From Holophagales bacterium (GTDB taxonomy: Bacteria; Acidobacteriota; Thermoanaerobaculia; Multivoradales; Multivoraceae), in contig VXVC01000003.1 in assembly GCA_009836625.1 (NCBI GenBank), positions 17,218 through 81,217 on the forward strand: a stretch of 64,000 bases of DNA, in the 5' to 3' direction. Position numbers and translations under genes: made by a program. A model generated the notes under the pieces. The model did no database searches and was not told the origin of the DNA. It saw nothing but the letters and a program-made list of their open reading frames with translations. Below, piece by piece: positions 1 to 10,896 of the stretch. The number at the start of each line of letters is the position of its first letter. The stretch's first letter is position 1.

Positions 1-499
1 CGGCCTCCTGCCGCCGCCGCACGGCATCGGGCGGCGCGGGCCGGAGCAGCCACGACGCCAGGAGTTCCTCTCCGCTTCGGGTGCGGGCCCGGCTCAACAG
101 CCGAAACAGCGAGTCGGGGCCGAACAGGTCGAGGTCCGCAGCGTACACGTGCCCGTCGCGATCATCGGTAAAGCGCGAGCCGGACCGTCCGCCGGCGCGC
201 CAGTCGCCGTCGAGGCGGTCGAGCATGAATCGGTAGAAGGCTCGTGCCCGCTTCAGCCGTTCGGCCCGCTGCAGCACACGCTCGTGGAGAACGACGAGGA
301 CGAGAAAGAGCAATGCCGGAACCGCTGCCCAGAGCAGGGGGAAGAGCCTCGCCTGGACCGACAGCCAGACCAGCACGGCTGCCGCGAGAACGGCGGCCAG
401 CCGCGACCACGACACCGTCTTCTCGAACCGCCGCGTTCGCCGCAGTTCCCCGTCGCGCTGCGCCGCGCGCGGCTCGCAGATCGAACGCGGATCGCTCAC
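1..499 (-). CDS. Membrane-anchored MutS-family (domain V ATPase) protein, 5' part; runs off the window edge
   Basis: Not in the ORF track. Manual translation from GTG 499 gives MSDPRSICEPRAAQ...; two hydrophobic segments (SRLAAVLAAAVLVWLSV, LLWAAVPALLFLVLVVLH) are followed by HVYAADLDLFGPDSLFRLLSRARTRSGEELLASWLL...RARQEA, which I recognise as the N-terminus of TM-bearing MutS-like proteins. The frame is open to base 1. Confidence 0.75.
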   Translation of the reverse strand, partial: MSDPRSICEPRAAQRDGELRRTRRFEKTVSWSRLAAVLAAAVLVWLSVQARLFPLLWAAVPALLFLVLVVLHERVLQRAERLKRARAFYRFMLDRLDGDWRAGGRSGSRFTDDRDGHVYAADLDLFGPDSLFRLLSRARTRSGEELLASWLLRPAPPDAVRRRQEA

Positions 500-512
500 C
501 GTGCTACCGGCG

Positions 513-1772
513 TCAGGTCAGCGCCGGATAGACGATCGACTTGAGTTGACCCCGGAAGTTGAACGTGCCCGACATCCAGAACTGGACCATGAAGATGACG
601 ATCAGATCCTCTTTCGGGTCGATCCAGAAAGCCGTGCTCGCGGCGCCGCCCCAGCCGTACTCACCGACCGAGCCGATCGCTTGAGCGACCGCGAGGTCCA
701 GGGTTACCGAGACGCCGAGACCGAAGCCCACCCCTTCGTAGGTCGTCTCGCTGAAAGTGCCGACCGCCAGGTCGGTCAGATCGCTGCCGCTCGGAAGGTG
801 GTTCATCGTCATGAGTTCCACCGTCTTGCGGCCGAGGATGCGCGTGTTCTCCAGCGTGCCACCGTTGAGCATCATCTGGCAGAAGCGGTAGTAGTCGTGC
901 ATCGTCGATACGAGTCCGCCGCCACCCGAGAAGAAGCTGACTTTGCCGGTGTAGTGGCTGGTCAGGGGATCGTCCAGCAGGACCAGGTTCTTTTTCCGGT
1001 CGCGCCGGTAGTTGGCGGCGAAGCGGTCGACCTTGGACGCCGGCACGGTGAATCCGGTGTCGACCATGCCGAGCGGCTCGAAGATGTGCTCCTGCAGGTA
1101 CTCGTCGAACGGCTGGCCGGAGAACACTTCGACCAGGTAGGCGAGCACGTCGGTGGCGACCGAGTAGTTCCAGGCCTCGCCGGGCGAGAACTCGAGCGGC
1201 AGTTCGGCGAGCTGCTCGATCATCTGCCGCAGGCTGCCGCCGGCCGGCGGGCCGCCGATGCCGAGCTCCCGGTACGCGGCGTCGACGTTGGTGCGTTCCA
1301 TGAAGCCGTAGGTCAGCCCCGACTGGTGCGTGAACAGGTCGCGGACCGTCATCGGGCGATCGACCGGTCGGGTGAGGAAGTTCGGGTAGTTGCCACTCTC
1401 GAAGACCCTGAGGTCGCCCCACTCGGGGATGAACTTCCGGACCGGGTCGTCGAGCTGGAAGTGGCCCTGTTCGTAGAGCTGCATCAGGGCGACCGAGGTG
1501 ATCGGCTTGGTCATCGAGTAGATGCGGAAGATCGTGTCGGGGGGCATGGCGCGGTCCCGCTCGCGGTCCATCAGGCCCTGCGCCGAGAGGTAGGCCGGTT
1601 TACCGCCGCGCGCGACGAGGGTGAGGCAGCCCGCGATCTTCTCGGGCTCCAGGTAGCGGCGCCGCAGATGATCGTCGATGCGGGCCAACTGTGCGGCGTT
1701 CAGGCCGACCTCCTCGGGACGCGCGAGGTCGAGTTCGGGGGGTGCTGAAACGAGAACGGGCCGAGCCGGCAT
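513..1772 (-). CDS. Serine hydrolase, beta-lactamase-fold (family VIII esterase-like)
   Basis: SxxK motif in FRIYSMTKP, LFTHQSG, WNYS and GWGGAAST. ATG 1772 has a GGAGG RBS. No signal peptide. The ORF-track extension to 2657 is antisense to the ABC ATPase. Confidence 0.9.
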   Translation of the reverse strand: MPARPVLVSAPPELDLARPEEVGLNAAQLARIDDHLRRRYLEPEKIAGCLTLVARGGKPAYLSAQGLMDRERDRAMPPDTIFRIYSMTKPITSVALMQLYEQGHFQLDDPVRKFIPEWGDLRVFESGNYPNFLTRPVDRPMTVRDLFTHQSGLTYGFMERTNVDAAYRELGIGGPPAGGSLRQMIEQLAELPLEFSPGEAWNYSVATDVLAYLVEVFSGQPFDEYLQEHIFEPLGMVDTGFTVPASKVDRFAANYRRDRKKNLVLLDDPLTSHYTGKVSFFSGGGGLVSTMHDYYRFCQMMLNGGTLENTRILGRKTVELMTMNHLPSGSDLTDLAVGTFSETTYEGVGFGLGVSVTLDLAVAQAIGSVGEYGWGGAASTAFWIDPKEDLIVIFMVQFWMSGTFNFRGQLKSIVYPALT

Positions 1773-1850
1773 GGAGAGTCCTCCGCTTTGCTGGTCGTTC
1801 GAGTACGTACGGCGCGGCGATCTTTGCAGATGGCGAAACGGGAGGGGGCA

Positions 1851-1856
1851 TACAAT
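1851..1856 (+). promoter_or_regulatory. Putative sigma70 -10 element (TACAAT) for the ABC/ligase operon
   Basis: TACAAT in the divergent gap, 9 nt before GTG 1866. The same 10-mer TACAATCGCG recurs at 9577. Confidence 0.5.
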
Positions 1857-1865
1857 CGCGCAGCC

Positions 1866-2681
1866 GTGGCCCAAGCCCAACTCCAGGAGCCCCTGGCCTC
1901 GACCTGTCTCGAGGTCGACGGTGTCACGCTTTCGTTCGGCGGCGTACACGCCCTGGACGATGTCGCGCTCGACGTTCGCCACGGCGAAGTGTTCGCCATC
2001 ATCGGGCCGAACGGTGCCGGCAAGACGTCCCTCCTCAACTCGATCAGCGGTCTCTACCGGCCCCAGCAGGGCTCGATCACCTACACGCCGGAGCCGGAGG
2101 CAGCGCCGGTTTCGCTCGTCGGCCGCGCGCCCCACAAGGTGGCCCAGGTCGGCATCGCCCGATCGTTCCAGAACATCGAGCTCTTCCGCGGCATGACGGT
2201 GCTCGAGAACCTGATGCTGGGACGGCACATCCACATGCGCGGCAACGTTCTCGGTTGTGGCGTCTACTGGGGTCCGCAGCGCCGCGAGGAGATCCGGCAT
2301 CGGGCCGCGGTGGAGGACGTGATTGACTTCCTGGAGATCGAGAACCTCCGCCACCAGGCGGTCGGCACCCTCGCCTACGGCCTGCAGAAGCGGGTCGAAC
2401 TCGCCCGTGCGCTGGCGCTCGATCCCAAGCTCCTTCTGCTCGACGAACCGATGGCGGGAATGAACGTGGAGGAGAAGGAGGACATGGCCCGCTTCGTCCT
2501 CGATGTGAACGAGGAGTGGGGCGTGACGACCGTCCTGATCGAGCACGACATGGGCGTCGTCATGGACCTCTCGGACCGCGTCGCGGTGCTCGATTTCGGC
2601 CGCTCGATCGCCTGCGGCACGCCGGACGAGGTGCGGGCCGATCCCGCCGTGATTCACGCGTATCTGGGGGACCCCGAATGA
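1866..2681 (+). CDS. HAAT/Liv-type ABC transporter ATP-binding subunit (LivG-like)
   Basis: Walker A GPNGAGKTS, SFQNIELF, LAYGLQKRVELARAL, LLLDEPMAG and HAYLG. Start is uncertain (GTG 1866 or ATG 1830). Confidence 0.92.
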   Translation: MAQAQLQEPLASTCLEVDGVTLSFGGVHALDDVALDVRHGEVFAIIGPNGAGKTSLLNSISGLYRPQQGSITYTPEPEAAPVSLVGRAPHKVAQVGIARSFQNIELFRGMTVLENLMLGRHIHMRGNVLGCGVYWGPQRREEIRHRAAVEDVIDFLEIENLRHQAVGTLAYGLQKRVELARALALDPKLLLLDEPMAGMNVEEKEDMARFVLDVNEEWGVTTVLIEHDMGVVMDLSDRVAVLDFGRSIACGTPDEVRADPAVIHAYLGDPE

Positions 2682-4627
2682 CCGCGTTGGCGGAACTGCC
2701 GCGAGACGCGGACACGATGCCCAAGCTGCTGCTCCGGAATGCCCGTGAGCGCGGCGCCGAAGCGGCGCTCCGTGAGAAGGAGTTCGGTATCTGGCAGAGC
2801 TTCACCTGGGCGCAATACGCCGAGCGGGTCAGGAACTTCGCCCGCGGCCTGGTTGAACTCGGACTCAAGCGGGACGACATCGTCGCCGTGCTGGGGGACA
2901 ACCGGCCCGAGTGGCTTATTGCCCAGCTCGCGTCCCAGGCGGTCGGCGCCCGCTCCCTGGGCGTCTACCAGGACTCGGTGGCGAGCGAAGTGCAGTACCT
3001 GGTCGAGTTCGCGGGCGCCCGCTTCGTCATTGCCGAGGACCAGGAGCAGGTCGACAAGCTGCTCGAAGTCTGGGACCAGTTGTGTGGCGCCGCGGAAGAG
3101 GACGGGCAGGGAATCACGAAGGTCATCTACTACGACCCCCGCGGGCTCGGTTCCTACCCGCACGAGTTCCTGCTCGGCTTCTCCGAGGTGGAGAAGATCG
3201 GGCAGTCCGCCACGAGCAGCACCGCGGACGACTTCGAACGCTGGGTCGAAGCAACGACGGCCGATGACGTGGCCCTGCTGTCGACCACCTCCGGGACCAC
3301 CGGCAAGCCGAAGCTGGCGATGCTCTCGCACCGCAACCTGCTGACCATGGCGCACAGCTTTCAGAGCATCGATCCGATGCGGAGCGACGACGAGTTCGTC
3401 TCCTTCCTGCCGCTCGCGTGGATCGGCGAGCAGATGATCGGCGCTGCCTGCGGCATGCTGGTCGGCTTCACCATGAACTTTCCGGAAGAGCCGGAGACGG
3501 TGCAGCACGACATCCGCGAGATCGGACCGCACATGATGTTCTCGCCGCCCCGCATCTGGGAGAACATGGTGTCCGACGTCCAGGTACGGATCGAGGACTC
3601 CTCCTGGCTCAAGCGCAAGGTCTACAACTGGGCGCTGGGCGTCGGTTACAGGGCGGCCGACACCCGGCTGGCGCGGGGCGGTCTGCCCAGGTTGCTGGCG
3701 ATGCAGAACTGGATCGCCAACGCCGTCTGCTTCTTCTGGTTGCGCGACAAGCTCGGCGTGCGGCGAATCCGGCGCGCCTATACCGGCGGCGCGGCGCTCG
3801 GGCCGGACATCTTCCGCTTCTTCCACGCCATCGGCGTGAACCTGAAGCAGATCTACGGCCAGACCGAGGTGTCCGGGATTTCGGTGGCGCACCGCGACGA
3901 CGACATCAAGTTCCAGACAGTCGGCACGCCGGTGCCCGGGGCGGAGGTCAGGCTCGGCGACGGCGGCGAGATCCTGACCAGGAGTCCGTCCGTCTTCCTT
4001 GGCTACTACAACAACGAGGAGGCCACGGAAGAGGCCCTTCGCGAGGGTTGGCTCTACTCCGGCGACGCCGGCTACATGGACGACGACGGGCACCTGATCG
4101 TCATCGATCGCAAGAAGGACGTGATGGAGCTGCACGATGGCACCCAGTTCTCGCCGCAGTTCATCGAGAACAAGCTGAAGTTCAGCCCCTACATCAAGGA
4201 GGCGGTGGTGTTCGGCGGCGGCGACTACCCGTTTGTCACTTCGTTGATCACGATCGACTTCGCCAACGCGGGCAAGTGGGCCGAGCGCCGGCAGATTCCC
4301 TACACGACCTTCACCGACCTTGCCCAGAAGCCGGAGATCTACGAGCTGGTGCTGGAACACACCGCCGGAATCAACGGCGATCTGCCCGAGTCGGCCCGCA
4401 TCCAGCGTCTGCTGCTGCTGCACAAGGAACTCGACGCGGATGACGAGGAGCTGACCCGTACCCGGAAGGTGCGGCGCCGGTTCATCGCCGATCGGTACCG
4501 CCTGCTCGTCAACGCGCTCTACGGCGGGGACGAGGCGGTCGAGATCGAGAACGAGATCACCTACCAGGACGGCACGACCGCGGTCCTGCAGACCCGGCTG
4601 CGCATCGCTCAGCCCGCCACCGCCTGA
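2678..4627 (+). CDS. Long-chain fatty acid--CoA ligase (AMP-binding)
   Basis: TSGTTGKPK, YGQTE, SGDAG and DRKKD motifs; ATGA overlap with the upstream gene. Confidence 0.92.
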   Translation: MTALAELPRDADTMPKLLLRNARERGAEAALREKEFGIWQSFTWAQYAERVRNFARGLVELGLKRDDIVAVLGDNRPEWLIAQLASQAVGARSLGVYQDSVASEVQYLVEFAGARFVIAEDQEQVDKLLEVWDQLCGAAEEDGQGITKVIYYDPRGLGSYPHEFLLGFSEVEKIGQSATSSTADDFERWVEATTADDVALLSTTSGTTGKPKLAMLSHRNLLTMAHSFQSIDPMRSDDEFVSFLPLAWIGEQMIGAACGMLVGFTMNFPEEPETVQHDIREIGPHMMFSPPRIWENMVSDVQVRIEDSSWLKRKVYNWALGVGYRAADTRLARGGLPRLLAMQNWIANAVCFFWLRDKLGVRRIRRAYTGGAALGPDIFRFFHAIGVNLKQIYGQTEVSGISVAHRDDDIKFQTVGTPVPGAEVRLGDGGEILTRSPSVFLGYYNNEEATEEALREGWLYSGDAGYMDDDGHLIVIDRKKDVMELHDGTQFSPQFIENKLKFSPYIKEAVVFGGGDYPFVTSLITIDFANAGKWAERRQIPYTTFTDLAQKPEIYELVLEHTAGINGDLPESARIQRLLLLHKELDADDEELTRTRKVRRRFIADRYRLLVNALYGGDEAVEIENEITYQDGTTAVLQTRLRIAQPATA

Positions 4628-4637
4628 GGAGCGGACG

Positions 4638-5516
4638 ATGGACTCCGACGTCTTCCTTCAACTCACCGTTTCCGGGCTCTCGAACGGCATGGTCTATGCC
4701 CTGGTGGCGGTCGGCTTCGTCGTCATCTTCAAGGCGAGCGACGTGATCAATTTCGCGCAGGGCGAGTTCCTGCTCTTCGGCGCCTACCTGGCCTTCGCCT
4801 TCATTGCCCAGTTCGGGTTGCCCTGGAGTCTGGGTGTGCTGGCGACGCTTCTCACCGCGGCCATGATCGGCTTGATCGTGGAGCGTCTCGTCCTTCGGCC
4901 ACTGATCGGCGAGCCGGTGATCTCGATGATCATGGTCACGATCGGTCTCTCGAGCCTGCTGCGAGCGGTGGTGAACGGCATCTGGGGGGTGCGACCCAAG
5001 GCCTTCCCGAACTTCATCCCCTCGGGAGAAGTCGAGTTCCTGGGCGCGATCGTCGGTTTCGACCGTCTGCTCGTGATCGCGATCGCTGCGATCCTGCTGA
5101 CGGTTCTGACGCTGTTCTTCCGTTACACCCGGGACGGCATCGCGATGCGCGCCATCGCCGACGACCAGCAGGCGGCGTTGTCGATGGGCATCAGCATCAA
5201 GCGCGTCCTCGCCGTCGCTTGGGCGATGGCGGCGATCACCGCCGCGGTCGCCGGCATCATGCTGGCCAATACCGTCGGCGTCAGCCACGACATCATCTTC
5301 ATCGGACTGCGCGTGTTCCCCGTGGTCATCCTCGGCGGTCTGGATTCGGTGCCCGGCGCGATCGTCGGCGGCGGCGTGATCGGGTTGCTGGAGTCGTACA
5401 CGGCGGGCTACACGACCTCGGGCCTGGAGCTCATCGTCCCGTACATCGTGCTGATCCTGGTCCTGATGGTTCGTCCGTACGGCCTGTTCGGCAAGGAGAT
5501 CATCGAGCGGGTGTAG
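4638..5516 (+). CDS. HAAT ABC transporter permease (LivH-like)
   Basis: GLSNGMVYALVAVG, INFAQGE, GIAMRA, VILGGL; multi-TM. Confidence 0.93.
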   Translation: MDSDVFLQLTVSGLSNGMVYALVAVGFVVIFKASDVINFAQGEFLLFGAYLAFAFIAQFGLPWSLGVLATLLTAAMIGLIVERLVLRPLIGEPVISMIMVTIGLSSLLRAVVNGIWGVRPKAFPNFIPSGEVEFLGAIVGFDRLLVIAIAAILLTVLTLFFRYTRDGIAMRAIADDQQAALSMGISIKRVLAVAWAMAAITAAVAGIMLANTVGVSHDIIFIGLRVFPVVILGGLDSVPGAIVGGGVIGLLESYTAGYTTSGLELIVPYIVLILVLMVRPYGLFGKEIIERV

Positions 5517-5519
5517 GGC

Positions 5520-6563
5520 ATGGAATCCGGGATCTTCTTCAGCGACTACCGCTCGGACATGGCGCTGCGGCGCATGCCCTTGCAGAAGGTGCGCACGGGC
5601 CTGCTACTGGTCGGCCTCGTGGTGTTTCCGTTCCTGGCCACGCCGTACTGGCTCAATCTGGCCAACCAGATCGCGATCGCCACGATCGGAGCGATCGGAC
5701 TCAACATCCTGGTCGGCTACACCGGCCAGATCTCGCTCGGTCAGGGCGCCTTCATGGCGGTCGGCGCCTATGGCTCGGGTCTCCTGACGGTTCGGCTCGA
5801 CGTTCCCTTCTACCTGAGCATTCCAGCCGCGGCCGCCATCACCGCCGTTGCCGGCCTGGTGGTCGGTCTGCCTTCCCTGCGGCTCAAGGGCCTCTACCTG
5901 GCCGTCGCCACGCTGGCGGCGCAGCAGATCGTCGAGTTCGTGGTCACGCACTGGGACGGCCTCACCGGTGGAACGGAGGCGCTCGTCGTGCCGGCGCCCG
6001 AGCTGTTCGGCGCCCGGATGAACACCGACGGCCGGTTCTACTGGATCCTGGTCGTCGTCGCGCTCGCCGTCGCGCTCTTTGCCGCGAACCTGTTCCGTTC
6101 GCGGGTGGGTCGCGCCTGGGTGGCGATCCGGGACCAGGACATCGCGGCCTCGGCGATCGGCGTCAACGTGTTCGGCTACAAGCTGCTCGCGTTCGCCACG
6201 TCGTCGTTTCTGGTCGGCCTCTCCGGTGCACTGCTCGCCCACTACCGGTCGATCGTCACCTGGGAGCGGTTCACCATCGAAGTCTCGATCTCCTACCTGG
6301 CGATGATCATCATCGGCGGACTGGGGACGATTTCGGGTTCTTTCTTCGGCGCGTCGCTCATCGTCCTCCTGCCGGCGATGATCAACACCCTGGGGCGCTC
6401 GCTGCAGGACACGGCGCCCTGGGCGGCCACGGTCCTGCCGTATGTGCAGCAGGGCGTCTTCGGACTCGTGATCATTCTGTTCCTGGTGCTCGAACCGGAA
6501 GGGCTCGCCAAACTCTGGCGCAACGTGAAGGACTACTTCCGCGTCTGGCCGTTCTCGTACTAG
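5520..6563 (+). CDS. HAAT ABC transporter permease (LivM-like)
   Basis: GYTGQISLGQGAF, LRLKGLYLAVATL, GRAWVAIRD, EPEGL. Confidence 0.93.
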   Translation: MESGIFFSDYRSDMALRRMPLQKVRTGLLLVGLVVFPFLATPYWLNLANQIAIATIGAIGLNILVGYTGQISLGQGAFMAVGAYGSGLLTVRLDVPFYLSIPAAAAITAVAGLVVGLPSLRLKGLYLAVATLAAQQIVEFVVTHWDGLTGGTEALVVPAPELFGARMNTDGRFYWILVVVALAVALFAANLFRSRVGRAWVAIRDQDIAASAIGVNVFGYKLLAFATSSFLVGLSGALLAHYRSIVTWERFTIEVSISYLAMIIIGGLGTISGSFFGASLIVLLPAMINTLGRSLQDTAPWAATVLPYVQQGVFGLVIILFLVLEPEGLAKLWRNVKDYFRVWPFSY

Positions 6564-6578
6564 GCGCCTCTGCGCCGG

Positions 6579-6584
6579 TATGAT
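6579..6584 (+). promoter_or_regulatory. Putative internal -10 element (TATGAT) upstream of the binding-protein gene
   Basis: TATGAT in the 78-nt gap between the permease stop and ATG 6642, which has an AGGAG RBS. Confidence 0.4.
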
Positions 6585-6641
6585 CCCTTGTTTACGGACC
6601 GGCTGTTCCGGGGCGGTCATGCCCCTTCAGGAGACCACGAC

Positions 6642-7841
6642 ATGAACCGTCTCGTTTGCCTTGCTGCTGTAGCTCTGTTGCTCATCGCCGCCTGCGGAGG
6701 CGGCGACCCGGTCTCGGAAGCGGATGCGCCGATCACCATCGGTGCGATTTTCGACCTGACCGGCGCGACCTCGGACGTGGGCACCCTGTACGCCGAGGCG
6801 ATCCGCGATTACTACGCCCGCCTGAACGAACTCGGCGGCATCGCCGGCCGCGAGGTCGACCTGCTGTGGAACGACTACGGCTACGACGTGGCGAAGGCCG
6901 AGCAGCTCTACTCCGAGTACGTCCAGGCCGGAGCGGTCATGTTCATGGGTTGGGGCACCGGTGACACGGAAGCCCTGCGTGGCCGGATCGCGGCGGACCG
7001 CATTCCCTTCGTCTCGGCATCGTTCTCTCACGTACTGGGAGATCCGTCCGAGGCCCCCTTCAACTTCCTCGTCGGCACGACCTACAGCGACCAGCTCTTC
7101 ATCCTGCTCGACTACCTGATCGAAGAGGCGGAAGCCACGGGAGGCGAGATGCCGAACGTCGCCCTGATGCACCACCCGAGTCCGTTCGGTCTCTCGCCGT
7201 GGCGCCAGGGAGGCGAGGACTACGCGAAGCAGCGCGGCATCGAGATGGCGCCGCACGAGATGGCGCGGGGCAACACGGACTTCAGCGCCACGCTGACCCG
7301 GATCGCCGAATCCGGCGCCAACACGGTCGTGTTCCAGAACACGTCGGGACCGGTTTCCATTGCCGTCAAGAACGCGCGGGACCTGGGCCTGGACCTGCGC
7401 TTCGCCTGCCTGAACTACTGCAGCAACGAGGTGCTGGTGGATCTGGCGGCCGAGGCCGCGGAAGGTGTTCTGGCTTCGATCATCTACTCGCCGCCGGGCG
7501 AGGGGATCGACGGCCTGAACGAAGCGGCCGAGTACCTCGCGTCCAAGGGCGGGTCGATCGACGAGGAGGGGTTGCTCTACGGCCAGGGCTGGGCGGTCGC
7601 CAGCCTGGTGACCGAGGCGATCGAACGCGCGGCCGCGGCCGGCGAAGTGACCGGCGACTCCATCTTCGCTGCCTTCGAGACCTTCGACGGCTGGGACACC
7701 GGCGGTGTGACCGCGCCGGTCACTTTCACGTCCACCGACCATCGCGGCATCAAGGGCATGAGGATTTTCGAGATCAGGGAAGGCAAGTTCCAACCCGTGA
7801 CCGAGATGCGGATGGCCTCCACCCTGGAGGCGGCCGAGTAG
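6642..7841 (+). CDS. HAAT ABC transporter substrate-binding lipoprotein
   Basis: Lipobox-like LLLIAAC, IGAIFDLTGAT, GGIAGREV, GWGTGDT; PBP type 1 pattern; AGGAG RBS. Confidence 0.9.
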   Translation: MNRLVCLAAVALLLIAACGGGDPVSEADAPITIGAIFDLTGATSDVGTLYAEAIRDYYARLNELGGIAGREVDLLWNDYGYDVAKAEQLYSEYVQAGAVMFMGWGTGDTEALRGRIAADRIPFVSASFSHVLGDPSEAPFNFLVGTTYSDQLFILLDYLIEEAEATGGEMPNVALMHHPSPFGLSPWRQGGEDYAKQRGIEMAPHEMARGNTDFSATLTRIAESGANTVVFQNTSGPVSIAVKNARDLGLDLRFACLNYCSNEVLVDLAAEAAEGVLASIIYSPPGEGIDGLNEAAEYLASKGGSIDEEGLLYGQGWAVASLVTEAIERAAAAGEVTGDSIFAAFETFDGWDTGGVTAPVTFTSTDHRGIKGMRIFEIREGKFQPVTEMRMASTLEAAE

Positions 7842-7855
7842 GGCAGGCCCAAGCC

Positions 7856-8650
<795 letters not shown>

Positions 8651-8661
8651 ACACTGGGTGC

Positions 8662-8704
8662 GCCGGCCTTCTGGCCGGCATCAGGTGCGATGCCGCGAAG
8701 CGGC
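8662..8704. terminator. Two GC hairpins between convergent genes (possible terminator or 3'-end stabiliser)
   Basis: GCCGGCC-TTCT-GGCCGGC (8662-8679) and GCCGC-GAA-GCGGC (8692-8704); no poly-T tail. Confidence 0.3.
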
Positions 8705-8716
8705 TAGCACGAGTCG

Positions 8717-9499
8717 CTAGCGGTCAGGCCCGTCTGCCGTGGCCTCCTGCTCGATCGCCTCTTCGATCTCCCGAAGCCTCTCCCGGAGTTCCTTGCGGGC
8801 CGCGGCGGCGAAGGGGTTTTCGCGGGCGATGGTCAGGAACAGGTCGTCCGAGTCGTCGCGGAGGTTCTCCTCGATCTTCATCATGTGCCGGTAGGCGACC
8901 GTGCCGAGGGCCGGGTCCGGCACATGAATCTCCCTGAGCGCCTTGGCCATCCAGTGGGTGAGGCCCTGGATGTAGGCCATCTCCGAGTCGTGCTCCTCGG
9001 CTGACATCTCGAGCACCTGGAGTTCCAGGTCCGACTCGAGGAAGGTTCTCACCGCCTCGACGCGTTCGCTGTCGACCGGGCGCTCGGGGAGGCAGAGCAC
9101 GACCTTCAGGCCGCGGATCCCGCCGCGACCGCTCTGGGGACCGAACATCGGGTGCGTGCCGATGAACTGGACCTGCCGGGGCAGGCGCTGCTCGAGGATC
9201 CGGAGCGGCTTCACCTTGACCGAGGCGACGTCGACGACCAGCGCACCCGGTGCGAGGCGCGGGGCCAGGTCGGCGATCAGCCCGTAGAGATCCTGGACCG
9301 GGACCGCCGGGATCACGATGTCGCAGCCGGCGCAGCCTTCCAGGCCCGTCCAGCGCGCGCCCAGAGCTGCAGCTTCCGCGCTCAGGTCGCGGCGATCCCA
9401 GACTTGGACGTCGAACCGGCCGCCCAGGTGCCGGACCAGGAAGCGGCCGAAGCTGCCGAGACCGACGATGCCGATCGTCCTTGCCCAGCAGCCCTGCAC
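8717..9499 (-). CDS. tyrA: Prephenate/arogenate dehydrogenase (monofunctional)
   Basis: Rossmann IGIVGLGSFG, VDVASVK, THPMFGP, EEHDSEMAYIQGLTH. Confidence 0.85.
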   Translation of the reverse strand: MQGCWARTIGIVGLGSFGRFLVRHLGGRFDVQVWDRRDLSAEAAALGARWTGLEGCAGCDIVIPAVPVQDLYGLIADLAPRLAPGALVVDVASVKVKPLRILEQRLPRQVQFIGTHPMFGPQSGRGGIRGLKVVLCLPERPVDSERVEAVRTFLESDLELQVLEMSAEEHDSEMAYIQGLTHWMAKALREIHVPDPALGTVAYRHMMKIEENLRDDSDDLFLTIARENPFAAAARKELRERLREIEEAIEQEATADGPDR

Positions 9500-9609
9500 C
9501 GGGCGATCCTAGCTTGCGCCGCAGAACGCTACTTGTGCGCTTGCGGGGCAAGCTCCGGCACCGTTGCCGGTTCCCCTACAATCGCGTGCTGCGGGAGGAG
9601 GGAACCAGG

Positions 9610-10896
9610 ATGAGAAGACCAACCGGCGCTGTTCTTGGCGCCGTCGTGGCCGCGGCCGTGAGCTATGGTTCAGCGCCCGTGACCGACGCTCAGGAGGATC
9701 GCGCCAGCCGGGAGCACGTACTCGAGCTGCTCCGGGACGTGCCGCTGATCGACGGGCACAACGACGTGCCGTGGCAGTACCGGACGCGGGTTTCGAACCA
9801 CCTCGACGAGATCGACTTCCGGGATACCACGGCGCTCGAGCCACCGATGCACACCGACCTGCGGCGCCTGAAGCAGGGGGGAGTGGGCGCCCAGTTCTGG
9901 TCGGTCTACATCCCGACCTCCTACACCGGCGCCGGCGCGGCCCGGGTCGTGTTCGAGCAGGTCGACCTGACCAGGAGGCTGATCGAGCGCTACCCGGAGG
10001 ACCTGGAGCTGGCCCTCAGCGCGGACGACATCGAGCGCGTACACGCCGCGGGCAGGGTCGCGTCCCTGCTCGGCGCCGAGGGCGGCCACTCGATCGAGTC
10101 GTCCCTCGGCGTCCTGCGGCAGTTGTACGAGGTCGGCGTTCGTTACATGACGCTGACCCACGGGAGCAACGTCGCCTGGGCGGATTCGGCGACCGACCAG
10201 CCGGCACACGGGGGGCTGACGGCCTTCGGCCGGCGGGTGATTCGGGAGATGAACCGGCTCGGCATGCTGGTCGACCTCTCCCACGTTTCTCCGCAGACGA
10301 TGCACCATGCGCTGGACGAGTCCGAAGCGCCGGTCATCTTCTCCCACTCCTCGGCGTTCGCGGTCACCGCCAGCCCTCGCAACGTGCCTGACGACGTCCT
10401 GCGCCGGCTGGCCGAGAACGGCGGCGTGGTCATGGTCACGTTCGTACCGTCGTTCGTCAACGAGAACGTGCGGGAGTCCTTCCAGCGCGTGGATGCGGAA
10501 CGCCGTCGACTGATGACCGCGGGCACCGCGCCGGAGGAGATCCGCAGGCGGTTGATGGCCTGGCGAAGCGAGAACCCGGGCGCCCAGGCATCCCTCAACG
10601 ACGTGGCCGACCACATCGACCACATCCGCGGTCTGATCGGTACGGCGCACCTGGGGATCGGCTCCGACTACGACGGGATCCCGACCGTGCCGGTCGGCCT
10701 CGAGGACGCCTCGACGTTCCCGGACCTGTTCGTGGAACTCGTTCGGCGGGGCTACAGCGACGACGAACTGAAGGACATCGCGGGCCGCAGTTTCCTGCGC
10801 GCCATGCGCGCCGCGGAGGCCACGGCCCGGCGCCTGCAGGCCGCGGAACCCCCGGCCGACGACCTGATCGAAGAACTGGACGGCGAGAATGGTTGA
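9610..10896 (+). CDS. Membrane/renal dipeptidase (peptidase M19), secreted
   Basis: DGHND, AQFWSVY, AEGGH, DLSH, FSHS and GSDYDG motifs; signal peptide; GGAGG RBS region and TACAAT at 9577. Confidence 0.92.
   Translation: MRRPTGAVLGAVVAAAVSYGSAPVTDAQEDRASREHVLELLRDVPLIDGHNDVPWQYRTRVSNHLDEIDFRDTTALEPPMHTDLRRLKQGGVGAQFWSVYIPTSYTGAGAARVVFEQVDLTRRLIERYPEDLELALSADDIERVHAAGRVASLLGAEGGHSIESSLGVLRQLYEVGVRYMTLTHGSNVAWADSATDQPAHGGLTAFGRRVIREMNRLGMLVDLSHVSPQTMHHALDESEAPVIFSHSSAFAVTASPRNVPDDVLRRLAENGGVVMVTFVPSFVNENVRESFQRVDAERRRLMTAGTAPEEIRRRLMAWRSENPGAQASLNDVADHIDHIRGLIGTAHLGIGSDYDGIPTVPVGLEDASTFPDLFVELVRRGYSDDELKDIAGRSFLRAMRAAEATARRLQAAEPPADDLIEELDGENG

Noticed and set aside
513-1772. Class C beta-lactamase / resistance gene
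   Set aside because: No signal peptide, and the motifs match family VIII esterases.
9545-9575. Sigma54 -24/-12 site (CGGCAC...TTGC) upstream of the dipeptidase
   Set aside because: The GG to GC spacing is not the required 10 nt; TACAAT at 9577 explains the promoter better.
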